DNA of 64,000 nt from an uncultured virus (IMG/VR IMGVR_UViG_3300042891_001375) (Duplodnaviria; Heunggongvirae; Uroviricota; Caudoviricetes), in the IMG/VR virus record IMGVR_UViG_3300042891_001375; one strand, given 5' to 3'. Each line of letters opens with the position of its first letter. The stretch's first letter is position 1. The translations under genes were made by a program, and so were the position numbers. The notes beneath the pieces are model-generated. The model was not told where the DNA came from, did no database searches, and was given only the letters and a program-made list of their open reading frames with translations. Shown one piece after another: positions 8,201 to 18,072 of the stretch.

Positions 8201-9663
8201 TAGAACACGTTGTAGTTGAAAAAGTAAATAACATCTATGTCCAAGTGACTGCTGAACCTGCCATCTTGCAAGAGATGTCAGAGTTTTTTACATTTTCAAC
8301 TCCAGGTTACCAATTTTCTCCTGCCTTTCGCAATAAATACTGGGACGGAAAGATTCGACTTTTGAATCTAAACACACGACAAATCTATCTTGGTTTAGTT
8401 CCGTACATTAAAAAGTTTTGCAAGGACAGCAATTACACCTGCGAGTATATCGATGAAGAAAAGGAAGTCTACCCGATTGACACAAAGAATCTTGCGAACG
8501 CTCTATCACTTCCGATGGAGCCGAGAGATTATCAGTATCTCGCTTCTAGCGTCGGACTTACGAAGAAGAGAACTGTACTCATTTCACCAACAGCGTCAGG
8601 AAAATCACTAATCATCTATATGATGATTCGCCACCTGTTGAATACAGGTAAGAAGCGCGGATTGTTGATTGTTCCTACGATCAATCTCGTCACTCAAATG
8701 CATAGTGACTTCAAGAACTATTCATCTGTCAACGGATGGGATGTAGACAAGTATTGTCAGAAGATCTATGGCGGCGAAAGCAAGATACCTGATAGCGATC
8801 TTGTTATATCAACTTGGCAGTCTATCTATGAGATGCCAAAAAAATACTTTGCGCAGTTTGATTTTATCATCGGCGACGAAGCGCATACGTTCAAAGCCAA
8901 GTCACTAACTTCTATCATGACTAAACTCATCAACTGTGATGTGCGTATTGGTACGACAGGTACACTTGATGACAGTAAAGTAAACAAGTTAGTTCTTGAA
9001 GGATTATTTGGACCAACGTTCAAAGTTATTTCCACAAAAGAACTCATTGAACGTAAACAACTTGCCAACTTCAGCATTAAGTGTATTGTGCTGAAGTATC
9101 CAGAAATAGTTTGCAAATCAATCAAAGGATTCACATATCCTGATGAAATGAACTTCTTGACTCAACACGAAGGGCGCAATCGATTCATCACTGATCTTGC
9201 ATTAAATCTCAAAGGCAATAGTCTTGTATTGTTTACTTATGTCGAAAAACACGGTAAACTATTATATGAATGGATAACTGAAAAAGCAAATGGGCGAAAA
9301 GTATTCTTTATCCACGGTGGGGTTGAAGCAGAAGATCGTGAAGCAGTGAGACATATCACTGAACAAGAAAACGATGCGATCATTGTGGCAAGTTACGGAA
9401 CGTTCTCAACAGGCGTTAATATTCGTAATCTACATAATATTATATTCTCTTCACCAACAAAGAGTAAGATTCGAGCATTGCAATCTATCGGTCGTGTACT
9501 GCGTCTAGGTGAAAATAAAGAAGCAGCCACGTTGTACGATATCGCTGATGATCTACGTTATGGTCCTTATACAAACTTCACATTGAAGCACTATGAGGAA
9601 CGAGTGAAGATCTACAGTGAAGAAAAATTTCCTTTCACAACCAATAACGTAAGGATAAACTAA
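8197..9663 (+). CDS. uvsW: UvsW SF2 helicase
   Basis: WDGKIRL, SPTASGKS, DEAH, LQSIGRVLR; ATGA-coupled start at 8197. Confidence 0.96.
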   Translation: MIEHVVVEKVNNIYVQVTAEPAILQEMSEFFTFSTPGYQFSPAFRNKYWDGKIRLLNLNTRQIYLGLVPYIKKFCKDSNYTCEYIDEEKEVYPIDTKNLANALSLPMEPRDYQYLASSVGLTKKRTVLISPTASGKSLIIYMMIRHLLNTGKKRGLLIVPTINLVTQMHSDFKNYSSVNGWDVDKYCQKIYGGESKIPDSDLVISTWQSIYEMPKKYFAQFDFIIGDEAHTFKAKSLTSIMTKLINCDVRIGTTGTLDDSKVNKLVLEGLFGPTFKVISTKELIERKQLANFSIKCIVLKYPEIVCKSIKGFTYPDEMNFLTQHEGRNRFITDLALNLKGNSLVLFTYVEKHGKLLYEWITEKANGRKVFFIHGGVEAEDREAVRHITEQENDAIIVASYGTFSTGVNIRNLHNIIFSSPTKSKIRALQSIGRVLRLGENKEAATLYDIADDLRYGPYTNFTLKHYEERVKIYSEEKFPFTTNNVRIN

Positions 9664-10103
9664 TGTCTGAAGATCCAGTAGAATATAAACCAAGAGGTGA
9701 ATTAAAGTTTGTTCGCCTTCGTTCAATTCCAGATGATATCATTGGATATGTAACGTACAAACAAGATTATGTCACAGTAGAATTGCCATTGCGAATTGAA
9801 ATCGAAACTTTATTTGATGAGGGTCGACAAATCTTAGCAATGCAAGAATATCTTCCGCAATCAGTGATTGAGATTAAAGAAGTTGATTTCAGTACTGACG
9901 AGGTTCTGTTTGCAACGCCAGTTCGTGCAGAGTTTGTTGAGCAATATGAATACGTTGCTGATTTCTTTTATAATAACACTACCAATTTCAAAGAACCAAT
10001 CAAAAAGAAAACTAAAAAGATGGAAGGCAATCCAGAAACAGTTGAAAAGGTTGTTTCTATCCTTGAAGCAATGGCAAATAAAAAAGACAAACCAGTACAC
10101 TAA
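9663..10103 (+). CDS. conserved T4-like hypothetical protein (possible Sm-like fold)
   Basis: 146-aa ORF coupled between uvsW and gp55. Confidence 0.6.
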   Translation: MSEDPVEYKPRGELKFVRLRSIPDDIIGYVTYKQDYVTVELPLRIEIETLFDEGRQILAMQEYLPQSVIEIKEVDFSTDEVLFATPVRAEFVEQYEYVADFFYNNTTNFKEPIKKKTKKMEGNPETVEKVVSILEAMANKKDKPVH

Positions 10104-10105
10104 TT

Positions 10106-10645
10106 ATGGCAAAGAATCACTATATCAATAACAAAGATTTTCTTCGTGAAATGACAAAGTATCGAACAGCAATTCGAAAGGCAAAACGCCAAGGATTGCC
10201 AAAGCCACAGATCCCACGATATGTTGCTGAATGTTTTATGAAGATCGCTGAAAATTTATCGCACAAACCAAACTTCTTGTCATATACTTTTAGAGACGAA
10301 ATGGTTGCTGATGCAATTGAAAACTGCGTAATGTACGTTGACAATTTTGACCCAGCAAAATCAAGCAATCCATTTGCCTATTTCACTCAAATAGTATATT
10401 ATGCATTCTTACGTCGCATTCAGAAAGAAAAGAAACAATTGTATGTTAAATACAAATCTACTGAGACTGCTGGTATTCTTGATGAGTTTGAATTGAACGA
10501 AAATGAAGATGGAACTTTTAGGCAGTTTGAGTTGTACGAAAATATCTCTGAGTTTATTGTAAATTATGAGAATGCTCGCAAAGCAAAGAAAGCCAAGCGT
10601 GCTGGTTTGGAGAAGTTTGTAGATGAAGATAGCAATATTGGGTGA
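10106..10645 (+). CDS. 55: late transcription sigma factor gp55
   Basis: HYINNKDF, KIAENLSHKPNF, NPFAYFTQI.YYAFLRRIQKEKKQ. Confidence 0.96.
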   Translation: MAKNHYINNKDFLREMTKYRTAIRKAKRQGLPKPQIPRYVAECFMKIAENLSHKPNFLSYTFRDEMVADAIENCVMYVDNFDPAKSSNPFAYFTQIVYYAFLRRIQKEKKQLYVKYKSTETAGILDEFELNENEDGTFRQFELYENISEFIVNYENARKAKKAKRAGLEKFVDEDSNIG

Positions 10646-11675
10646 CACACATTTTGGTATGAGAGGCGATAGCATTGCCTTTCATAATCATTATCGTGAG
10701 TTCTATACTAAACACTTTTTTCCTTATTTGGTGGACCATGGAGTTAGGACCATCTTTCAACTTGGTGATCTATTTGATCGTCGGAAGTATATTTCTTTTC
10801 AGTCTCTTGCTCTTTGCCGCAAGTATTTTTTTGATGAGATTACTCGGCTTAATCTAGAGTGTCACACTCTGCTTGGAAATCATGACATCACATTCAAGAA
10901 TACACTTGAGGTCAATTCGCCAGAGTTACTGCTCAAAGACTATCCAAACGTTATTGTTTACAATGAGCCAACAGAATGGCAAGGTATTGATATCATTCCT
11001 TGGATCTGTAAAGACAATGAACTAGAAATTCTAGACTTTATCAAGCGCAGCACTAATCATGTTTGCTTTGGTCATTTCGAACTGCAAGGATTTGAAATGG
11101 ATCGTGGTAACATCTGTCACGAAGGTATGGATCCTTCTATCTTGCAGAAGTATGATCTAGTTTTATCTGGTCACTTCCACCACAAGAGCAATAGCGGCAG
11201 TATTGTATATGTTGGCACTCCTGGTGAAATGACTTGGGCTGACTATAATGATGAGCGTGGATTTCACATCTATGATACTGAAACCCGCCAATTAGAATTC
11301 ATAAAGAATCCGCTGCAAATGTTTTACAAGATTCAATACAATGATGATGAATTGTATTATAATGATCTTGTCAACGCAGACTATTCGCATCTTACAAGTA
11401 AGTATGTCAAGATTGTCGTTGAAAAACGAAACAATTCATTCTTGTTTGATACATTGCTAGATTCACTCGCAAAAGTAAATCCACTTGAATTATCAGTTGT
11501 TGAAGACTTTTCTGAAATTACTGATAATGTTGATGTTGATATTGACCAAGCAGAAGATACAATGACAATCTTAAATAAGTATGTTGATGGCTTGACATTG
11601 CCAGTAGAATCAGATAAAATAAAGACTGTTCTGCGCGATGTATATAACGAAGCATTGTCTATGGAGACAGCGTGA
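10623..11675 (+). CDS. 47: recombination endonuclease gp47 (Mre11/SbcD-like)
   Basis: GDTHFG, GDLFD, GNHD, GHFH metallophosphoesterase motifs. Confidence 0.96.
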   Translation: MKIAILGDTHFGMRGDSIAFHNHYREFYTKHFFPYLVDHGVRTIFQLGDLFDRRKYISFQSLALCRKYFFDEITRLNLECHTLLGNHDITFKNTLEVNSPELLLKDYPNVIVYNEPTEWQGIDIIPWICKDNELEILDFIKRSTNHVCFGHFELQGFEMDRGNICHEGMDPSILQKYDLVLSGHFHHKSNSGSIVYVGTPGEMTWADYNDERGFHIYDTETRQLEFIKNPLQMFYKIQYNDDELYYNDLVNADYSHLTSKYVKIVVEKRNNSFLFDTLLDSLAKVNPLELSVVEDFSEITDNVDVDIDQAEDTMTILNKYVDGLTLPVESDKIKTVLRDVYNEALSMETA

Positions 11676-13378
11676 TTCTATTTAAAAAAGTTCGTTACAA
11701 GAATTTCCTTTCCACTGGAAATGTCTTTACTGAAATCTCTCTAAATGAAAACGCCACGACATTGATCGTCGGTGAAAATGGTGCAGGTAAGTCAACATTC
11801 CTGGACGCCATTACGTTCTCATTATTTGGTAAACCATTCCGCAATATCAATAAGCCACAACTTGTAAATTCTGTCAATGAAAAAGATTGCCTCGTTGAAG
11901 TTGAGTTTGATATTGGCAAGAAGTCATATAAAGTTATTCGTGGCATTCGACCAAACGTATTTGAAATCTATTGCGATGGTGATCTGTTAAATCAAGACGC
12001 AAGATCTAAAGATTATCAGGATCATCTAGAGAAACTTATTCTCAAGATGAATTATAAGTCATTTACTCAGATTGTGATCCTTGGTTCAACCAACTTCACT
12101 CCATTCATGCAGTTATCAGCAGCGGATCGCCGCACTGTTATCGAAGATCTGCTTGACATCCAGATCTTTTCAGCCATGAATGTGATTGTCAAAGGCAAAC
12201 TACACACACTCAAAGATGAAGCAGCACAATTAAAAATTCAAATTGACAATACTAAAGATAAAATCGAACTACACAAGAAACATCTTGACGAACTTAAGAA
12301 GAATACAAAAGAAATCGTAGATGCAAAGAAACAAGAAGTGACTGAAAACACGGCATCACTCTCGGCACTTGAAATCGAAGCGACTGACAAAGAAACGCAA
12401 ATTGAAAGTTTATTCAACGAAGTATCAGACGACGATTCAACCAGTAAAAAATTCAACAAACTAAATCAACTTGAAGCCAAGATTGAAGGGAATATTCAGA
12501 AACTCGAGAAAGACATCGAGTTTTATTCTGTAAATTCGACTTGTCCAACCTGCGATCAGGCTATCAATAACAAAGACGAAAAAGTACACACATGCAACAG
12601 TAAAATCACAGAACTAACCGAAGGTCTAAACAAACTAAAGGAAGAGAGTGATGCCGTTCTACGTCGAATCAATACAATTAAATCAACCCAACAAACTCTC
12701 AAAACTCTTGAGCAAGATCTTGTGCGGATCAATACTTCTCGCAAGCAGGTTCGAAACTATATTACGAAACTTGAAAAAGAAATTGGTGAAATAGAAAGCA
12801 AACCAGCCATGAGCGATGAGTTCAAGGCACAATCAAAAGAGTTGCTCAACGCATTACAAGCATTTAACGAAAAAAGAAAAACGGTATCTGAACAAACACA
12901 ACATTATGATATTGTCGCGCAGTTGCTTAAAGATGGCGGGATTAAGTCGAAAATCATTAAGCAGTACGTGCCAGTTATAAACAAACTGGTAAATAAGTAT
13001 TTGGCTGCGATGGACTTCTTTGTCAACTTCAACATTGACGAGGAGTTCAAGGAGACCATCAAGTCTCGTCACCGAGATGATTTCAGTTATGAAAATTTCT
13101 CAGAAGGTGAAAAGAAACGTATTGATCTAGCACTGTTGTTCACTTGGAGGTCGGTCGCCAAACTAAAGAACAGTGTCAATACCAATCTTCTCATCTTCGA
13201 CGAGGTCTTTGATGGTTCTCTTGACATCAATGGCACTGAAGAATTTATGAAGTTGATAAATATGTTTGCTGATAATACAAACATCTTTGTGATCACTCAC
13301 AAGACTGATCAGATGGTTGATAAATTTAAACACACAATTCGATTTGGCAAAGTGAAGAATTTCTCACAGGTGATTTAA
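11672..13378 (+). CDS. 46: recombination ATPase gp46 (Rad50/SbcC-like)
   Basis: GENGAGKS, CPTC zinc hook, FSEGEK signature, LIFDEVFD. Confidence 0.97.
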   Translation: MILFKKVRYKNFLSTGNVFTEISLNENATTLIVGENGAGKSTFLDAITFSLFGKPFRNINKPQLVNSVNEKDCLVEVEFDIGKKSYKVIRGIRPNVFEIYCDGDLLNQDARSKDYQDHLEKLILKMNYKSFTQIVILGSTNFTPFMQLSAADRRTVIEDLLDIQIFSAMNVIVKGKLHTLKDEAAQLKIQIDNTKDKIELHKKHLDELKKNTKEIVDAKKQEVTENTASLSALEIEATDKETQIESLFNEVSDDDSTSKKFNKLNQLEAKIEGNIQKLEKDIEFYSVNSTCPTCDQAINNKDEKVHTCNSKITELTEGLNKLKEESDAVLRRINTIKSTQQTLKTLEQDLVRINTSRKQVRNYITKLEKEIGEIESKPAMSDEFKAQSKELLNALQAFNEKRKTVSEQTQHYDIVAQLLKDGGIKSKIIKQYVPVINKLVNKYLAAMDFFVNFNIDEEFKETIKSRHRDDFSYENFSEGEKKRIDLALLFTWRSVAKLKNSVNTNLLIFDEVFDGSLDINGTEEFMKLINMFADNTNIFVITHKTDQMVDKFKHTIRFGKVKNFSQVI

Positions 13379-13379
13379 A

Positions 13380-14036
13380 ATGGAAAGATTGGTCAAATAT
13401 TACAAAGGCGATTTGATTGAATATAGCATATTCAAACTAGTTGACTTTTACGATCCAATTCTTCGCCAACCAACAATTCCATGGGATCATAAAAAGTATG
13501 ATCCAAAGGAATCAGAATATTTGGGGTTCTCTCTGGCTGAAACATTACAGAAACTCGGCGGTCTTGGTTTATCAGCCAACCAAGTAGGACTACCTCATAA
13601 AATTTGTGTAGTGAATATGGGTGAACATGGAATATGGACAATGTTCAATCCAGAAATTATTGAACATGGAGAGAAATTATCTGAATACTCTGAAGGATGT
13701 TTATCATATCCTGGACTATATCTGAAACTTCCAAGATACGATCATATCAAAGTGAAGTTTCAAGCAATGTATGGTCAAGAAGTGATTCATGAGTTTGATG
13801 GATTGACTGCTGTTTGTGTTCAACACGAATTAGATCATTTGAATGGAATTGTGTATACTGATAAAGTCAGTCCAATTAAACTTGATCAAGCAAAAAGAAA
13901 AGTCAAGAAGAATCTGAAGAAGATGAAAGCATTAACAGAGTCGCGAGAGATTCTAGAAATGCAACAGCCAACACAAGAGATTGTGAAGAAACAAGAACAA
14001 ACTGAGGCTGAAAAATTCGTCTATTCCACTGGTTGA
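13380..14036 (+). CDS. def: peptide deformylase
   Basis: GLGLSANQVG, EGCLSYP, QHELDHLNG. Confidence 0.95.
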   Translation: MERLVKYYKGDLIEYSIFKLVDFYDPILRQPTIPWDHKKYDPKESEYLGFSLAETLQKLGGLGLSANQVGLPHKICVVNMGEHGIWTMFNPEIIEHGEKLSEYSEGCLSYPGLYLKLPRYDHIKVKFQAMYGQEVIHEFDGLTAVCVQHELDHLNGIVYTDKVSPIKLDQAKRKVKKNLKKMKALTESREILEMQQPTQEIVKKQEQTEAEKFVYSTG

Positions 14037-14038
14037 CG

Positions 14039-14098
14039 TAAGTTATTGATTTTATTCGAGTTTTTTCTATTTACGATGTGACTGTAATCAGCGACAAT
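14039..14098 (+). promoter_or_regulatory. IHF-site plus sigma70-like early promoter, copy 1
   Basis: TAAGTTATTGATT, 18 nt, TTTACG-17-GACAAT. Confidence 0.7.
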
Positions 14099-14126
14099 AC
14101 TTGATTACGGTAACAATTAGGTGAGT

Positions 14127-14276
14127 ATGAAAAAGTCCGTGAAGCGTGGCTGGCGCTCAGATTTTAGTTCAAAAACCCCTGAAATTATACGTGAAAACAA
14201 TAAGCGGATTTATAATAACCTGAAAAAAACTGATCCTGTGAAGGCTGAAATCTTTAGGCAAAAATACCTGTCGTAA
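14127..14276 (+). CDS. small basic hypothetical protein (49 aa, not in ORF track)
   Basis: AGGTGAG SD-like sequence; MKKSVKRGWRSDFSSKTPEIIRENNKRIYNNLKKTDPVKAEIFRQKYLS; lies between two promoter repeats. Confidence 0.65.
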   Translation: MKKSVKRGWRSDFSSKTPEIIRENNKRIYNNLKKTDPVKAEIFRQKYLS

Positions 14277-14333
14277 GTTATTGATTTTATTCGAGTTTTT
14301 ACTGTTGTTTTTCTAGCCGTTTTAGGGGACAAT
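14274..14333 (+). promoter_or_regulatory. IHF-site plus early promoter, copy 2 (leaderless)
   Basis: TAAGTTATTGATT, 18 nt, TTGTTT-17-GACAAT, ATG 6 nt later. Confidence 0.72.
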
Positions 14334-14339
14334 GGTTGT

Positions 14340-16616
14340 ATGAAAACGAATTTACAGGCTTCTAAATCGATCCTCGCCAAACTCTTGGCGAGCGAGAATA
14401 TCACCGTCTCTCACCAAAATGTTCGAACGGCATACTTCGACCTCAAGAATCGCACGATGGTTCTTCCCGTATGGAAGGACATGGACGGCGACTTGTATGA
14501 CTTGTTAACAGGTCACGAAGTCGGTCATGCTTTGAACACTCCTGATGATGGCTGGCACAATCAAGTCAAAGAAAGTGACAAGAAATTCAAAGATTTCTTG
14601 AATGTCATCGAAGATGCGCGCATTGAGAAACTTGTCAAGCGCAAGTTCCCTGGACTTTCAAAGTCTTTTGCTCGTGCTTACACTTCTCTCTATGAGCGCG
14701 ATTTTTTCGGCATCAAGAAACTTGACGACCTCAGCAAACTCAATCTGATTGATCGCATCAACCTGCGCTTCAAGATGGGTTCACATGTTGTTGTTGAATT
14801 CAATGACTTCGAGCGTGACATCGTTCGTGAAGTTGAGGCTGCTGAAACGTGGGATCAAGTTGTTGATATTGCTCGCCGTGTGTATGAGTACACCAAACAA
14901 AATGAGCAAGACAAGATTCAGAACAAACAAGACCTGCAAGAGCAGATGAAAGAAGAGCGTCAGCAGGATCAAGATGATTCTGGCGAGTACGATGACGTTG
15001 ATGATGATTCTGACTATGAAGATAACATCGATGGCAACGATAACTCTGATCTAGACGAAGAATCAGACGGCACTGATGCTGAAGATTCTCAGGATCAAAC
15101 TGAGTCAGATGAAGAAGAATCTGACAGCGACCAGTATTCTTCTGGTGGTGGCGTCGACGAAGAAGAACAAGAAGATGAAGATGAGCCGCAGTCTGTAACT
15201 GATCGCAATTTCCGCCAGCGTGAGCAGGAATTGGTCAACGAGACTGGCAAAATCTTCATGTATGAGTTGCCCGATGCTGTTCTTGAGAACATCATTCTTC
15301 CGAACACGGAAGTTGTGAATGATCTTGAGACATTCTTCCGTTCGCAAGTTGAAGATACCGATCGTCGTTATGGTCATCATGGTATTGCATACGACACTGT
15401 TGTCCAGAAGTGTGTGCGCAAATTCAACACGAACAACAAAAAAGTTATTATGCATATCTTGAAAGAATTCGAGATGCGCAAGAAAGCCAGCGAATATGCG
15501 CGAACGCAGACTGCTCGCACTGGTGAACTCAACATGAATGTGCTTCACAAGTATCGTTTCAGCAATGATCTGTTCAAGAAGATCACTGTTGTGCCCAAGG
15601 GCAAGAACCATGGCTTTATCATGTTTGTTGATATGTCTGGTTCAATGCACGATATTCTTCGCAACACGATTGAGCAGATGCTTGTGCTTGCTTCGTTCTG
15701 TAAACTTGCCAAAGTTCCGTTTGAAGTTTATGGCTTCAGTGACGATGCTTATGGAAACAAGAAGTTGCGCGAGATGTTAAAGAAAGAACGTTTTGTTTCT
15801 AATCGCGCAATTGACATGACGATGGGCAACAATTGGTTCCATCTGAAGCATCTGATTGGTTCTTCTTTGCCGCCTGTTCAATATCGTCGTGCGTTCAATG
15901 CGATGTGCGTCGTTGCGAATGAGTATGGTCGTTGCTATGATTATCACAGCAACAATGATAACGACCATGGCAACTGGCAATACAATTGGGATAACGGTGG
16001 CTTTGGTTTGAATGGCACTCCGTTCCTGGAAACTTTGCTTGCTTCTCGCGGAATCATTACTGCGTTCCAGAACAAGCATCAGTTAGATGTTTGCAACGTT
16101 GTGTATCTGACAGACGGCGACGGTGGCAACAATCTTTCATATCCCCTAATGGATGTAGACTCTGGTTTCTATGATGATCGTCGCAGGTCTGTTGTCTATC
16201 TTATTGACAAAAAGACAAAGAAGAAAGTCAAGTTGGCCAATAATTATTATATGCAAGCAGCGATCACGGAGTTGGTTGCTGATGTGACTGGCTGCAAACA
16301 TCTTGGCTTCTTTGTTGGTAACAAAAAAGCCATTCAACGTGACATGAAGTATCTTATCGCTGACAAGTCTCATGAGCAGCAAGATGCTGCCAAGAAATGT
16401 TTTCGCGAGCATAATTATCTTATCGTTGAGCGTCTCGGATATGACAAATATTTCTATGTTGCTCTTCCGAACACTAACATTGTCGACGACAAACTTGAGA
16501 TCACCAGCGATATGAACAAGAATAGAATGGCTCGCGAGTTCTCGAAACATGTGAGCAGCAAGAAAACCAATCGTCTCCTCCTCACGAAACTAGCCGAAGA
16601 ACTGGCGGTGGCGTAA
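14340..16616 (+). CDS. CobT-like protein: N-terminal HEXXH metallopeptidase-like domain, acidic linker, C-terminal vWA domain
   Basis: GHEVGHAL, NVIEDARIE, D/E-rich linker, MIDAS DMSGSM, LTDGDG. Confidence 0.88.
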   Translation: MKTNLQASKSILAKLLASENITVSHQNVRTAYFDLKNRTMVLPVWKDMDGDLYDLLTGHEVGHALNTPDDGWHNQVKESDKKFKDFLNVIEDARIEKLVKRKFPGLSKSFARAYTSLYERDFFGIKKLDDLSKLNLIDRINLRFKMGSHVVVEFNDFERDIVREVEAAETWDQVVDIARRVYEYTKQNEQDKIQNKQDLQEQMKEERQQDQDDSGEYDDVDDDSDYEDNIDGNDNSDLDEESDGTDAEDSQDQTESDEEESDSDQYSSGGGVDEEEQEDEDEPQSVTDRNFRQREQELVNETGKIFMYELPDAVLENIILPNTEVVNDLETFFRSQVEDTDRRYGHHGIAYDTVVQKCVRKFNTNNKKVIMHILKEFEMRKKASEYARTQTARTGELNMNVLHKYRFSNDLFKKITVVPKGKNHGFIMFVDMSGSMHDILRNTIEQMLVLASFCKLAKVPFEVYGFSDDAYGNKKLREMLKKERFVSNRAIDMTMGNNWFHLKHLIGSSLPPVQYRRAFNAMCVVANEYGRCYDYHSNNDNDHGNWQYNWDNGGFGLNGTPFLETLLASRGIITAFQNKHQLDVCNVVYLTDGDGGNNLSYPLMDVDSGFYDDRRRSVVYLIDKKTKKKVKLANNYYMQAAITELVADVTGCKHLGFFVGNKKAIQRDMKYLIADKSHEQQDAAKKCFREHNYLIVERLGYDKYFYVALPNTNIVDDKLEITSDMNKNRMAREFSKHVSSKKTNRLLLTKLAEELAVA

Positions 16617-16673
16617 GTTGTTGATTCTATTAGAGTTTTTACTGTTGTTTTCTGTGTGTTTTTATACGATAAT
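16614..16673 (+). promoter_or_regulatory. IHF-site plus early promoter, copy 3
   Basis: TAAGTTGTTGATT, 18 nt, TTGTTT-17-GATAAT. Confidence 0.72.
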
Positions 16674-16704
16674 TGTATTATAGTGAATGATAATGGAGTT
16701 TGAT

Positions 16705-18072
16705 GTGAGAAAGTCTAATTATGATGAAAGCGCGAAGATTGCGGTTCTTGAGAAGTTGCATGCGCACTTCGACAAAGATGTTGTTTCGGTCAAAGAACTG
16801 AATGACTATTGCCTGAACAAGAAGAATGGCATTCCGAATTTCCCATACTTCATTCTCCGCGAGCGCAAGGTTGGTCGCGGTCAGTATAACATCGTCCCCA
16901 AAAATGTTGGTTGTATCACTCCTGCTGCCTCGAATCAGGATGAAGTCCCAGTTGCTGCTGCTGCGATGGTCGCACAAGTTGTGAACATTGCTTCGCGTCG
17001 TGCACAAAATCTAACTGAGTCATTTGTGCCTGATCGCAACGAAACGTATGTTCCGTTTGGCTTCTACAATGACTTGCGCGACATCATCAAGTCACGCATC
17101 TTCTATCCCATCTATATCACTGGCTTGTCAGGTAACGGCAAGACGTTCATGATTGAGCAAGTTTGTGCTGCGCTCAAACGTGAGTTGATTCGCGTGAATA
17201 TCACGAAGCGCACCGATGAGTCTGACTTGATTGGTTCTTACGAATTGGTCGATGGCAATACTGTGCGTCGTGAAGGACCAGTGATCACTGCGATGCGTCG
17301 TGGTGCCGTGCTGCTTCTTGATGAGTGTGATCTCGGCACGGAAGATATTCTGTGCTTGCAGCCGATTCTTGAAGGCAAGCCATACTTCGACAAGAAGACT
17401 GGTGAAGTTGTCCACCCTGCTGCTGGCTTCAACGTGATTGCAACTGCGAACACAAAGGGCAAAGGCAGCGACGATGGTCGATTCATCGGTACAAACTTGC
17501 TCAACGAAGCATTCCTGGAACGTTTCGCGATCACTGTTGAGCAAGAGTATCCGCCAGCCAGCACTGAGCGAAAGATTCTCGAGAAAAATTTCGCTGTTCT
17601 GAATATCACTGACACGACGTTCATTGACCGTCTGATCACGTGGGCTGAATTGATTCGCAAGTCTTTTGCTGATGGTGCAGTTGATGAAGTCATCTCGACT
17701 CGTCGTCTTGTGCATATCACGAAAGCATTCTCTATCTTCAACAATCGTTTGAAGGCGATTGAGATGTGCTTGAATCGTTTCGATGCTGACACCAAGAATG
17801 CCTTCTTGGATCTCTACACAAAGGTTGATGCGGAGGCAACTCCTGCTCCTGTGACTCCTGATGCCACTGAGACTGCAGCGCGTCCATATGAATTGGTTGT
17901 GAGCAGAGACCCCAGTACACTCACCACCACTTTTTCGTATAGGGGTGAGACTGTCACATTCTCGGAGTTAGAGATTGAAGAATTGCGTAATCGAGGATTG
18001 TCAGAAGAGCAGATCAAACTCCGTGTTCTTGAGACTCTTGACAAGGTTGTTGCTCGCAAAGGTGCGATATAA
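16705..18072 (+). CDS. CobS/MoxR-like AAA+ ATPase
   Basis: GLSGNGKT Walker A, LLLDECD Walker B, ATANTKG, NEAFLERF, ISTRRL; GTG start after GGAG (track start 16687). Confidence 0.92.
   Translation: MRKSNYDESAKIAVLEKLHAHFDKDVVSVKELNDYCLNKKNGIPNFPYFILRERKVGRGQYNIVPKNVGCITPAASNQDEVPVAAAAMVAQVVNIASRRAQNLTESFVPDRNETYVPFGFYNDLRDIIKSRIFYPIYITGLSGNGKTFMIEQVCAALKRELIRVNITKRTDESDLIGSYELVDGNTVRREGPVITAMRRGAVLLLDECDLGTEDILCLQPILEGKPYFDKKTGEVVHPAAGFNVIATANTKGKGSDDGRFIGTNLLNEAFLERFAITVEQEYPPASTERKILEKNFAVLNITDTTFIDRLITWAELIRKSFADGAVDEVISTRRLVHITKAFSIFNNRLKAIEMCLNRFDADTKNAFLDLYTKVDAEATPAPVTPDATETAARPYELVVSRDPSTLTTTFSYRGETVTFSELEIEELRNRGLSEEQIKLRVLETLDKVVARKGAI

Noticed and set aside
14340..18072. Cobalamin biosynthesis (cobT/cobS) as auxiliary metabolism
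   Set aside because: No cobN or other cob genes; motifs only support generic vWA and MoxR AAA+ domains
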